A stretch of 64,000 nucleotides of DNA from Cyanophora paradoxa CCMP329 (GCA_004431415.1 QPMI01000682.1:84248-148247); one strand, 5' to 3'. Counted from the first letter of the stretch, positions 10,209 to 20,892 are shown. The notes: generated by a model not told the origin, from the sequence alone. Program-made: numbers and translations.

Positions 10209-10451
10209 TCAGCAGCGCTTCCGAAATCTCTTAGACCTCTGGCGAATTTTCCTCATTTGTCTGTCTTTTTCAATAATTTCCAAGAAGAAAGTTTCAAGGT
10301 TTGAGACCAGCTGGTAATTGTAAACAAAGAACAGTCTCACATGCTCTGGCTGTGACATGAAGAAATTGTAATAGAAAGCAGTTTTGAAATCATGGATCCA
10401 GTCTGATTGGGCAGCATGGATGATAGCAGGGTCTTGGTAGATGGGATCCAT
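10209..10451 (-). CDS. Small hypothetical protein (MDPIYQDP...)
   Basis: 80-aa ATG ORF 30 bp downstream of an AAAAATTGACAA motif on the minus strand. Confidence 0.55.
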   Translation of the reverse strand: MDPIYQDPAIIHAAQSDWIHDFKTAFYYNFFMSQPEHVRLFFVYNYQLVSNLETFFLEIIEKDRQMRKIRQRSKRFRKRC

Positions 10452-10591
10452 AGCAGAAGTTGAGAGAATCCAGAAAATCCTTGTCAATTTTTTATTTTGT
10501 AAGTGCCCGATCACGACGAATCCTGATTGGCGCTATCGTGGCGATTCCGAATCTGTTTTCAGATTTAAAAACGGAGCACCTGGTAATAAAA

Positions 10592-10607
10592 TACAGTAGC
10601 TACTGTA
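10592..10607. terminator. Perfect 16-bp palindrome downstream of the patatin gene
   Basis: TACAGTAGCTACTGTA. Confidence 0.4.
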
Positions 10608-10672
10608 AAAATCGCCATAATGTGGGCGAAGATACAGAAGCCACTGTATCATACATCAGGACTTCTGAAATA

Positions 10673-12214
10673 TTATACACTTCGAATAAATGCACCTGTC
10701 ACATCAACTCTCATAGTTGGGGTGTTGATGTATACAAGTGGATAAATTCGAATATACCTTGTCCTCAGAGGGTAGCCAATATAGAAAACGTCTCTAATAG
10801 AGGTGGGATACCCAGAACTGTATGAGACATCACCACTGTTGTGGGCATTATTGATAGTTTCACACATGAACACTCTATTGACACCTTCATACTTGATAAA
10901 TGACCAAGAAATCCCATCTTGTGATGTTGCAACATTGAAGGTCTTCACAAAGGCATTTGTCACACCAGAACCATATGCTATAATAGATGCAACCTCAAAT
11001 ATGTATGGGAAGGTTACTTGGAGATACTCAGTGGGGACACTCCATATCCCATCAGGAGCAGATGCATTTGCTTCCCAACCTGTCAAGGAAGGTCTTGATT
11101 TAAATGCCTCCCTTCCAATTTTTGATGATGAAGCAGTGAATGCACCATCTGATAGAAGATACCAGTTAGCATCAATTGGAGGTATGCTATTCAGAGTGGA
11201 TGATATATAGAACCTTGCAGGGTTCTTGATTTCGTAATTTGCAACCAGTAAATCACAGAGTCTATCAATCATCACAGTGTTTGCTGCTATGTACATTTCG
11301 GTTGCATCTATCATATCTGGGATCTTAGAGGTATCATCCAGAGAGTTTACTATGGTCTTTGGAAGTGGGACAGAGAGTCTATAATATCTTGCATATCCTT
11401 GATCATCATTATATGGGAGAAACTCTTGCATCTTTTCCAGTGCTGAGAGTTCACTTGCAGCCATCAACATATTGATTAATGGACTTCCAGAGGTCGAAGC
11501 AATCCAAGAGAGGATGCCCCAGCTGTTCACATCTTCATAAGAGTAACCCACATTTGGAGCATCTGTTTCATTGACTTCACCACAGGATATACTTATCACT
11601 ATAATATCATCATCATCATCATAGATCTTCTTAGCATGACTGTAACCACAGACACTGGGATTGTTGTTACCTGAGATTGCACCATCAATTAGAGACATCC
11701 CATCATAGTTCACAGGTGAGAAATATGTTGGAGCAGCAGAGGTGGATCTTGCAGCAATCTTGCTGGGGATGGATTTGTAGGAGTTATCATTGGTGATAAA
11801 AATGGGCTTCATACTCACAGTGTCAAAACTTGTGATCACTACATCTTTGAGAGAGTCTTGAATGAGAGACTCACCAGTAACAGTGAGAATGGCTGTCTCC
11901 AATGGGGTCACATCATACTTGGTGTTGAAGAGTGCATTATCAATAATATTTCGGGGATTTGCAAAGATTAAAGGCAGTTGATTGAGATAAGTGGAATGCA
12001 AATCGGTTGCTGTGAGTTTAGGTTCGTTTGGAAATTCGGGATTTTTCACATTGAGACCAATCGCAATTATCCCACCAGTGGATGTTCCACTCACCAGGTC
12101 AACAAGATCTATGACTCTTTTTCCTGTTCGAGTTTCGATTTCTTTTAGCAATCTCGTAATAATTATACCACGAGCTCCCCCACCTGAAAGACTGAGAATT
12201 ACACGAAGGGGCAT
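10673..12214 (-). CDS. Patatin-like phospholipase with C-terminal F5/8 type C (discoidin) domain
   Basis: GGGARG, GTSTG, SAAPTYF and DGA patatin motifs; EYLQVTF...SQDGISW...RYIRIYP...MRVDV discoidin pattern. Confidence 0.92.
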   Translation of the reverse strand: MPLRVILSLSGGGARGIIITRLLKEIETRTGKRVIDLVDLVSGTSTGGIIAIGLNVKNPEFPNEPKLTATDLHSTYLNQLPLIFANPRNIIDNALFNTKYDVTPLETAILTVTGESLIQDSLKDVVITSFDTVSMKPIFITNDNSYKSIPSKIAARSTSAAPTYFSPVNYDGMSLIDGAISGNNNPSVCGYSHAKKIYDDDDDIIVISISCGEVNETDAPNVGYSYEDVNSWGILSWIASTSGSPLINMLMAASELSALEKMQEFLPYNDDQGYARYYRLSVPLPKTIVNSLDDTSKIPDMIDATEMYIAANTVMIDRLCDLLVANYEIKNPARFYISSTLNSIPPIDANWYLLSDGAFTASSSKIGREAFKSRPSLTGWEANASAPDGIWSVPTEYLQVTFPYIFEVASIIAYGSGVTNAFVKTFNVATSQDGISWSFIKYEGVNRVFMCETINNAHNSGDVSYSSGYPTSIRDVFYIGYPLRTRYIRIYPLVYINTPTMRVDVTGAFIRSV

Positions 12215-12263
12215 CTTTACTTAACTCAAATTTAATAAATCTCTATAAGTAGAGTAAACAGGG

Positions 12264-15200
12264 ATGAGTTTCAATTACCCAGCAAACCTACAAACCATTC
12301 CCTCATCAGGAAGAGGGAAGGCAGATAACAAACATGTGAATTTCGATAACTTGACAGCCAGAGGGTCAATCTCAATTGATCACAGTGCAGATGAACCCTC
12401 AAAGACTCACCCAAGAGAGCATGCACTTTCAATAAACGAAATGGATCCCGAAAAGGAAGATGTGAGTGTTGCTTTCAGCATGGGAAATGTGAAATCGAAT
12501 CAGGTAGCCCAGATTAAAGCAACCAGGAGCAGACCAAGAAAACTGAAAACCAGTGGAACCCACCCAGATATTCCAACTCGATTCGATAGTGGTAGGTTAA
12601 TATTCAATGTTCAAAATGAGAAGGGTGGGCATCAGAGTGGTTTAAGAATCTATAATGAAGGATCAAATGCAATTGCACAAATTCCCGAAATATTACAGAT
12701 AGCCCCCCATGGAGAAACCAACAAAATCGAGTTCACTAACAATGTTTATCCACGAGATATTGTGGCGAATTCGGCTTCTAATGCGCAATTCGGTTTCCAA
12801 CTACCTGGTGATACAGCAAAGAATAAGGCGTCTATCACTGTCAACAGTAGCCCCACTCAACCAGTAACAGTTCATTTACACCCAGACCTTGTCGAAATGG
12901 ATAGGCACCTTTTACCTTTGGTGACAAACACCAAAGATCTTGGTATTAGAACCAGACAATGGCGAAATATCCATGGAAGCAATGTCTATGCAAATGGAGA
13001 GAAACTTGTTAGTGAGAAGACCATCAGAGAGATCTTTGAATATTATGGACCTGTCCCAGTTCCCTTCCCACTACCATGGGATCCACCAGATTTAACACCG
13101 AAAAAGCAACCAGGCAGAGAGTACACAGCAGATGAGACAGTTCCTTTTGGTCAACACATTGTGAGTTGGGAGCAGGTTCGAAATAAACCTATAATTGAAC
13201 CAAGAAAGCAAATTGATGAGCAATATTTACCTCCTGAAATTGATATTTTGGAGCTTGACGAATACCAATTCGTTCCAGATGAGGAGGAATACCTACCTGA
13301 TGGTTTCGACCCACAAGAGTATGAATATGATCAATATGATCCCAATGAGGAAGAGTATTTACCAGATGGTTTAGATCCACAAGAGTATGAATATGAGCAG
13401 AATTATGAACCCCATGAGGAATATTTAGCAGATGGTCTCGAACCACCAGTTGTTGATTATGAGCAACCATATGAACCCCATGAAGAATTATTACCAGATG
13501 GATTTCGCCCAGAGATTTGGGAGTTCTTCCCAGATTGGGAGCAGATCAATAACAAACCAGCAAGATTTCCACCAGAGGATCACAACCATGACTGGGATGA
13601 GATATTAGGTAAACCAGAGAAATTCCCACCAGAGGATCACAGGCATGACTGGGGTGATCTGGATGGGATACCAGATAAGTTTGCAGCAAGCAACCATGAA
13701 CACACCTGGGATGAGATCAATGACCAACCAGAATTCGCAAAAGTAGAGCCTCTTGCTACTCTGGGAGTTTCTCTTTACCAGACTTGCAATGTCCCTGAAA
13801 GGATCTTTTTGAATCACCACTATGTTCATGTGGAAGGGACACTTGCAAATTCAGCTATGATAGGACCATTGCATATTAGAACATTACCAGGCTCTTATAA
13901 TCCACCACCAGAACCAGGAGCAACCATACCAAATATCTTTGTGTCAAGCTACATGGAGGTTGACATACCCACAGATACTTTTAGAGTTCCAACAGACCCA
14001 GCAACCTACCAAAATTACAATGCAGCTATACAGGTTCATGTTGCAGATGTGAGCAGTCTGGATGGATCAAGACCAATGATAGTTTTCAGTCGAGATAAAT
14101 ACTCCTACATTCCATAGTGGGAACTGCAAATGATAATTATGGAAGGGCAGAACTTGCATGGATAAAAACGAATTATGGTGGGGTTCTGGAAGCTAATCAA
14201 AGAATGGCTGCAAAAAATATTCACAATGAAACTATATCAAGAGTGGTTACAGAAGATTACCTGCAAGCCCAAAACTACATAGATGAAACCGAACTGAATA
14301 CAATCATTGCAGGTATAAACATTGGTGTAACAGGTGATTACCTTCCTCTTACAGGTGGGACTATTGATGGAACAGTTACAGCATGCAACTTCTTTGTTCA
14401 CACTGAAAGCAATCAAACATTCCCAGTTGTACATCCAGGAGGTGAGTATGAGATACCTGATGATCCAGCTATCATGCCCATTAAGATTGACCTCCCTTCT
14501 GATTATGTTGGAAGGGGTGAACTGAAAATCATATCTTTCACAGGAGATTATAATGATCTCATTAATAAACCCACCCCATCTAATCTACACCCTGTTGCAT
14601 ATTCAGGTAGCTTCCTTGATCTGAATAATCGAGCACATACCCACACAAGAGCAGAGATCACAGATTTCGCACACACTCACACAAAATCCCAGATAACAGA
14701 TTTTGCACACACCCACACAAGAGCAGATATTACGAATTTCGCTCACACTCATTTTAAATCTGAAATCACAGATTTCGCACACACTCACACAAAGTCACAG
14801 ATTACAGATTTTGCACACACTCATGTCAAGAGTGAGATTACAGATTTTGCACACACTCATGTCAAGAGTGAGATTACAGATTTTGCTCACACTCATGTCA
14901 AAGCAGATATTACAGATTTTGCACATACTCATGATTGGAATACAGATATCTATAACAAACCCGCTTTATTTTCGGGCAACTACAATGACCTGACCAATAA
15001 ACCCACCCTCGATCCCTTTACAGCAAATAATATCACTGCAAATGCAAACCTTCTCATTGGATCAGGTTACTTTCTCGATTATGACCCATATATTATGCCT
15101 GATCCTCCTGTTATTTGGAATTTCCACAATTCAACCCTTTCTACTAACTCTATATCTTACTATCAGGATAAAACCCTACTTGTTCGTGGAAATGCATATG

Positions 15201-15572
15201 CAAGAGAAATGTGGGTCATGGATCCTCGGACAATTCAAAGGTTACTAAGCTGGCTCCTCAATACATGCTTGATAACCTGATTAGAAAAGGGAGACATGAA
15301 ATGACAATTGCGAATCCTCAAATTGGGGCAGTTCAGCAAGGCAAAACCATAGCATTACATTAAATTGGAGTCCTGCCTTTGCATCTGCTCCATCTGTTGT
15401 TGTAACATTGCAGGGACTACCTGCAACAAATGTGGAAATCGATTATAAAATAGGAATATCAAGCAACTCAACAACCTCTACCACAATCAATCTTGTTATT
15501 TGGGCAGCAGGATGGGTAACCATTCAACCACAGTGGCTTCAAATTGCAATCCATTGGATAGCATCAGCATAA
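12264..15572 (+). CDS. Large fibre protein: acidic repeats, HxH...ITDF phage-tail-like repeats, H-type-lectin-like tip (frameshifts near 14113 and 15230-15300)
   Basis: ORFs 12264-14117 and 14117-15280 are contiguous in the segment C homologue (CCC vs CC); about 9 AHTHxKxxITDF repeats; unannotated final frame ...FASAPSVVVTLQ...IHWIASA* ends at 15572. Confidence 0.8.
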
Positions 15573-15597
15573 TAAAGATTCTCACACTATTACAAAG

Positions 15598-16668
15598 ATG
15601 ACCTCTCTATTAGAAATCCCAAACTATGAACTTGCAGCCAAATCACTACACAGCACCTCTCATGGAGTAGTTGATTCAACCCCTGGGTATATTTGCACTG
15701 AAACCACAAGCAATACCTCTTTCACAGAGAATACTATACTCAGATTCAAAGAAATTCGATGTGATCGCAATAATGGTAAGATTAGAACCACAGGCATTAT
15801 AATCTCGAATAAAAACCAAGTTCAAGCAGGTCAAGTAGTCCCAGATTCAGCAATATATGATAATGTAGGTGGATTTACCACAGCTCAGATAGTTACTTTT
15901 GGTAACACAAGTAATAATTCCGCTCTTGTGGTGAAGAGTGGTGGTGCCTACATTGGAGATGGAGCAAATGTAGCAGGAACTGTTACAGCAAACCAATTAA
16001 ATGTGAGTGGGACAAGTGTATTCACAGGATTGATGAACTTTAATGGTGGTCTCTCAGGCAACTTTCAGTATCAAACTATCACAGCTACTACAAGAATAAA
16101 CACACCTGAGACAGATAATGGGACAGACGCAAATGTGAACTACAAACGAAATGGAAATACAGTATTTTCTCTTGGAAAGACAACTCAAACAGATAATACA
16201 ACTGTTCAGCTCCTTACACTTCCGACAGACAAGTATCTCAAATTAAGTAGTCATCCTCGTTTCTTTGCAACAAAACAAGCGCCCAATACTTCAAAAGATA
16301 CAAACTTCGCTGCAAGTGGAACAACTTTGTTCTCATCAACAGGAGTCATAGTCAACCATGGAAATAATTTCGATCCTGCAACAGGAAGTTTTACTGCACC
16401 TGTTTCTGGAAACTACCTCGTATTTTTCCATGCGTCTGGTTACAATTCTGCTAAGAGCAATACTTATTTGACCTCTTTGCTTAAAAATGGGACAACATTC
16501 GGAATTAACTCTAACTCTCAAAATGCAACAGGAAATGCAACTGTTGGTTTTGATATTATTGTGAACCTTGTAGCTAATGATTCGATCAGGCTGGTCAATT
16601 CAGGAGATGCTGGTGTAAACTACAATATCAGATACTTTTTTGGATGTATCCTTGTCCATTCATCATAA
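15598..16668 (+). CDS. Fibre protein with C-terminal C1q-like domain (paralog 1)
   Basis: NHGNNFDPATGSFTAPVSGNY C1q signature; Thr/Asn/Gly-rich shaft; shared N-terminal module. Confidence 0.85.
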   Translation: MTSLLEIPNYELAAKSLHSTSHGVVDSTPGYICTETTSNTSFTENTILRFKEIRCDRNNGKIRTTGIIISNKNQVQAGQVVPDSAIYDNVGGFTTAQIVTFGNTSNNSALVVKSGGAYIGDGANVAGTVTANQLNVSGTSVFTGLMNFNGGLSGNFQYQTITATTRINTPETDNGTDANVNYKRNGNTVFSLGKTTQTDNTTVQLLTLPTDKYLKLSSHPRFFATKQAPNTSKDTNFAASGTTLFSSTGVIVNHGNNFDPATGSFTAPVSGNYLVFFHASGYNSAKSNTYLTSLLKNGTTFGINSNSQNATGNATVGFDIIVNLVANDSIRLVNSGDAGVNYNIRYFFGCILVHSS

Positions 16669-16690
16669 TATTATCCACATAATGTAAAGT

Positions 16691-17710
16691 ATGACCACTC
16701 AAATAGCTGTCCCTGTTTTCTGTTATGCAGCGCCAAAATTGCATCAACTAAACCATACAGTAACAGATGCTACCCCAGGTTTCATTTGCACAGAGACCAT
16801 AGGAGCCGATTCATTCTCTCAACATTCTGTGATCAGATGCAAAGAAATTCGATGTGATCGAAATGGAGGGAGGGTGAGAACCACAGGTTTAATAGTTTCA
16901 AACAAGAACCAAGTTCAATCAGGTCAGATTGTATCAGATTCAGCAATTTATGATGATGTGGGAGGGTTCACCACACCAAAGATTGTTACTTTTGACAACA
17001 CCGTCAATAACTCAGCTCTTGTAGTAAAAAGTGGAGGCGCTTATATTGGAGATGGGGCAATGATTGATGGAACCCTTACAACAAATCAAGTAAACATTAC
17101 AGGAACAAGCACATTTACAGGTTTGGTTACAGCAAATGCTGGTATAAGTATTCCTAACTACACACAATCAATAATCACAGCATCTACTAAGGTTGTCTCT
17201 CCTGAAATTGATACAGGAGCCGATGTCAATTTTTTGTTAAAAAGAAATAGTAACACTGTTGCTACTCTTGAAGCCGATAGTTTGACAGTAAATGCAGGAT
17301 GCTATCTCAAAACATCACACCCACGATTTTCAGTTCAACTTGGATATGCTCACACTGCTACTTCTGCTGCTGCTCTGATAAACTGGGCAACAGTTCGGGT
17401 TAACAATACCAATGCATTTAGCACATCAACAGGAAGATTTACAGCACCTGTTGCAGGACACTATCGATTTTCAGTGTTCTCTTTTTCGACCACATCAGCT
17501 ACTATCGAATTATTTATAAAAGTGAATGATGCAGATCCTGGGGGTTTAAGCATTTCCCAAATCCACAGCAGCACACACACCAATAAAGCATTGTGTTTCT
17601 CTTGCATTCTAAATCTTGCTCAAAATGAGTATGTGACACTGGTCACAAGCGCTTCTGGTTCATATTCAAGTATAACAGGTTTTTCGGGTGAATTGATTAG
17701 CATCGTTTAA
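16691..17710 (+). CDS. Fibre protein with C-terminal C1q-like domain (paralog 2)
   Basis: TGRFTAPVAGHYRF...FSGELI C1q signature; shared N-terminal module. Confidence 0.85.
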   Translation: MTTQIAVPVFCYAAPKLHQLNHTVTDATPGFICTETIGADSFSQHSVIRCKEIRCDRNGGRVRTTGLIVSNKNQVQSGQIVSDSAIYDDVGGFTTPKIVTFDNTVNNSALVVKSGGAYIGDGAMIDGTLTTNQVNITGTSTFTGLVTANAGISIPNYTQSIITASTKVVSPEIDTGADVNFLLKRNSNTVATLEADSLTVNAGCYLKTSHPRFSVQLGYAHTATSAAALINWATVRVNNTNAFSTSTGRFTAPVAGHYRFSVFSFSTTSATIELFIKVNDADPGGLSISQIHSSTHTNKALCFSCILNLAQNEYVTLVTSASGSYSSITGFSGELISIV

Positions 17711-17732
17711 TTTTCTTGTAGTAGATTAAGGA

Positions 17733-17996
17733 ATGTCGAATATCTACCAAGTCATTCTCTCAGATACTGAAAATTTGGGAATGGAATATTGCTCTGCTTC
17801 TGTTCAGGATTGGATTGATAATGCTGCCCACAACAGAGCAAGAATTGCAATTGATGAGATTGTTCAGAAAGAGATTCAATCTTGCATCTCAGGTGCAGTT
17901 CAGATACCAACCTCAAAGGAAGCCATTGTATTACAGGCATTCCAAAGGGGAACTGTTAAACGCGCTATTGAGTATAACAATGTCACAGAAGAGTAG
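17733..17996 (+). CDS. Small fibre-associated protein (possible chaperone)
   Basis: QDWIDNAAHNRARIAIDEIV; conserved in segment C; resembles small proteins I recall downstream of C1q tail fibres in aquatic tailed phages. Confidence 0.7.
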   Translation: MSNIYQVILSDTENLGMEYCSASVQDWIDNAAHNRARIAIDEIVQKEIQSCISGAVQIPTSKEAIVLQAFQRGTVKRAIEYNNVTEE

Positions 17997-18034
17997 TGAA
18001 CATTATTTTTCTTTCCTTCTTAGTAAAAGAAGCA

Positions 18035-18889
18035 ATGGGTGAATATAATCGAGTTCAACTTCCCATATATTCCCTTGGATCCCCAGCAATGCACTTTCGC
18101 CAGCATGAAGTGAATGATGAAGTTCGTGGTTTAGAATCCACAGAGAGACCCAATTCCAATGGTAACTCCTTTGATAAAAATTCGATTATTCGAGTTAAAG
18201 AACTGAGAGCTGATAAGAATTCTGGTGTAGTCAAAACCACTCGACTCCTTGTCTCAAATGCGAATTTCTTCCAACCTACTAATGGAGGTCCTGATGCTTA
18301 CAGTGTTGATCTGAAAGCCCTCGATTTCGATAAAAACACTGCTGCTGTAACTGTGAGATCAGGAGGAGCATTTATTGGGGGTGGCTGTCGAATTTCAGGT
18401 CAACTTTCATCCTCAATTTCGTATAATGATGTCCCGGATACTCTTGAACAAAATGTAGAGAATCCCCAACGAATACGTTTCTATACACCAGTTGCACAGC
18501 AACCTTTTCTACATTTCTATGTTGCTTCCTCTGTCACTCTTGAAAATTCGGAATTGGTTATTATAACAGGAACTGATCGAGTAAGAAGAAATATTCCGCT
18601 TCCCACAGCAATGCTATCTATGTGCAGAGCAAACAACAATCAAACAGGTCATAATTAGCTATTCTTTGTTCAAGCATCAAACCATTTCGGTCGAGGATAT
18701 TGTGTTTATAACAATTTGACATTTACCTATGATTTGTTTGTAACTGAGGTTGGAGTTTACAATACTATGATTATGGGACTGAGGACAGATATAGCAGCTG
18801 TTTCGGCACTTCGAGGGGTAAACGTTGCAGATATCTTCACAACAGGGTTTTACCAGGAACCAGATGTGATTGATGACCCAACCCCATAA
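18035..18889 (+). CDS. Fibre-family protein paralog 3 (frameshift near 18655)
   Basis: Shared ELRAD...KTT.L.V.N and SGGAFIG module; homology to 37671-38516 continues past the premature stop to ...DDPTP* at 18889. Confidence 0.75.
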
Positions 18890-18912
18890 ATTATATATCA
18901 CTTTAATGTAAA

Positions 18913-19743
18913 ATGGCTGCCCCAATACCAGAACGAATTATTACACCCCAACTATCATTAGCAGCACCTGCGAATCACGTTTTGCAGCATGCTACCTTTG
19001 ATGATGTAGAAGGTCTCCAATCGACAGAAGTACAACCTACCATGAATACATTCGGTTCCACCCATAAACTGAGATTGCAGGAACTCAGATGTGATAAAAA
19101 TAATGGTATAGTTAAGACAACGAAACTCCTTGTCACCAATGCAAACTTTTCTGCCCATTATGGAGACCCAGACAGTTATGGTGATCCTCTTTCTACTTAC
19201 TCTTTTGAATCTCGGTCGGGAGCTATTAACTGCAAAACGGGGGGAGCATATATTGGTGATGGTCTTCGGATTGGTGGAGCTGTTGGTGCACCTCTTTTCG
19301 TAAATGATCAACCCAATCCCATTGATCCCAACACCAGAATTCGCACCTATGTCCCCAGTATGAATGCACCATATATTATCAAGATCTTCCCAATTGTTGT
19401 GAATGAGCAGACATCAGTAGTTGATTCTCTTGTTGAGATTGGTGACCACTACAAGGTGGTTGTCGATATTCCACCAGATGTTTATGCTGTCTGTCAAGTA
19501 GAGGGTGGAACCCCAAATATTGCAGTTGTGATCACGCCATATGACAATTTCGGAATTGCTTATCATGGAGTGAATTTCGGTCTTGAAGATTACCAGTTTT
19601 TGGTGAGAGCCACCAGGTTTGGTATCTACAAATGCATTCTCTATGCTGAGAGAACCGATGCTATTGCAAAACAGAATACATATGCAGAATATTACGGCAC
19701 AAATCGCTACTTCCCCATTTTCGGGCAGGATACTGCTCCATAG
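18913..19743 (+). CDS. Fibre-family protein paralog 4
   Basis: Shared ELRCDKNNG...KTT and GGAYIGDG module; nearly identical protein at 38540-39373. Confidence 0.8.
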   Translation: MAAPIPERIITPQLSLAAPANHVLQHATFDDVEGLQSTEVQPTMNTFGSTHKLRLQELRCDKNNGIVKTTKLLVTNANFSAHYGDPDSYGDPLSTYSFESRSGAINCKTGGAYIGDGLRIGGAVGAPLFVNDQPNPIDPNTRIRTYVPSMNAPYIIKIFPIVVNEQTSVVDSLVEIGDHYKVVVDIPPDVYAVCQVEGGTPNIAVVITPYDNFGIAYHGVNFGLEDYQFLVRATRFGIYKCILYAERTDAIAKQNTYAEYYGTNRYFPIFGQDTAP

Positions 19744-19770
19744 AAATCTCAGGTATATATAGAGAGAGGG

Positions 19771-20043
19771 ATGGATGATAAAACAAAGAAATTCATAGAA
19801 TCTGCAATGATGGTTCATGGTGATGCTAAATTCGATTATAGTGAGACAGTCTATAAGAAAGCACAAGAGAAGGTCTCTGTTAGATGCCTTAAATGCAACA
19901 AGATCCTGCAAACCTACCCGTTTAATCATGTAAGGGGAAGTGGATGCAGAGAGTGCAACAAGAAATCCTCTCATGCATATAGAAAAAAGACGACATCAGG
20001 AATTGTGATAGATGATAAACCAGTGGTACTGTACTTTGATTAG
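19771..20043 (+). CDS. DUF723-like zinc-ribbon protein
   Basis: KFI..A..VHG..FDYS..VY...C..C...H..GSGC.EC pattern. Confidence 0.75.
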   Translation: MDDKTKKFIESAMMVHGDAKFDYSETVYKKAQEKVSVRCLKCNKILQTYPFNHVRGSGCRECNKKSSHAYRKKTTSGIVIDDKPVVLYFD

Positions 20044-20189
20044 ATCTTTGAGAGAGAGATGAGGATCTTGCCCCATTTTCCCTTTGTGATTATGCATGTA
20101 TCAAAACAGTTTGGACAGGTCTTATGGTAATGCAGCAGGATGATATCCACCAACTCATAAGGTAGCACTCTTGCTAAGATGGTTCGCAT
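20040..20189 (-). CDS. 49-aa ORF with F-box-like N-terminus
   Basis: Manual translation MRTILARVLPYELVDIILLHYHKTCPNCFDTC...; below the ORF-track cutoff; absent from segment C. Confidence 0.3.
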   Translation of the reverse strand: MRTILARVLPYELVDIILLHYHKTCPNCFDTCIITKGKWGKILISLSKI

Positions 20190-20229
20190 TCTACCAATCG
20201 CGTTTTTAATTTTTCTAAATTATTCATAA

Positions 20230-20631
20230 ATGAATACTCATCGAGGTTTCCATGTGATGCTGGATTACAAATTCAGAACCCAATTAGCAGTAGGAGTGGA
20301 AAACTTGGAGACAACAACCCGGTGGTTAATGCAGTTCTTACAAACTATTATTCAAGAGCAAGGTATTCGAGTAGTTCACAAGCATTGCGAGATTTTCGAT
20401 GGTGGTATTTCTCCTCCTGGTTTTGCAATGGTTCTTCTGCTGGATGAGAGCCATTGCACTGCTCATTGTTACTCAAATGAAGGTATGTTGGCGATTGATA
20501 TATTCAGTTGTGGTTTAGAAGCAGAGAGAAAAACCACGAGAGTATCTCATGAGATAGATGAGAGAATAACAGGTGTGTTTTCAGGGTTGGAGAAATCGGA
20601 GAAACATAGAGTATTGCGATTTCCGAGTTAG
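20230..20631 (+). CDS. speD: S-adenosylmethionine decarboxylase proenzyme (prokaryotic SpeD-like, pyruvoyl-dependent)
   Basis: G.H...D N-terminus and LLDESHCTAHCY...DIFSCG self-cleavage motif. Confidence 0.88.
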   Translation: MNTHRGFHVMLDYKFRTQLAVGVENLETTTRWLMQFLQTIIQEQGIRVVHKHCEIFDGGISPPGFAMVLLLDESHCTAHCYSNEGMLAIDIFSCGLEAERKTTRVSHEIDERITGVFSGLEKSEKHRVLRFPS

Positions 20632-20663
20632 TTGACACTGAGAAATTCAGAATTTCAGATGGT

Positions 20664-20891
20664 CTTACTGAAAATGGTGTAGTAGGCACTTTAAAAATCG
20701 AAGTAGGCACTTTTTAATTGAAGTTAGGCACTTTTAATTGACGTTAGGCACTTAGGCACCTTTTCTGGAAATTCTCTATAAAAAATAAAATCAACGTTTT
20801 GAAAAACACAAGTTGATGTATTTGGGACTTCTTTTTAATTCTCGATTAAGAAGTGCCTAACCGCCTAAACCGCCTACCAAAGATGCCTACT
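20664..20891. promoter_or_regulatory. Putative origin cassette, iteron type I (second copy)
   Basis: CTTACTGAAAATGGT box; TAGGCAC at 20683/20704/20725/20745/20753 with the same spacing as 4855-4925; inverted GCCTA repeats at 20853-20890. Confidence 0.6.
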
Positions 20892-20892
20892 T

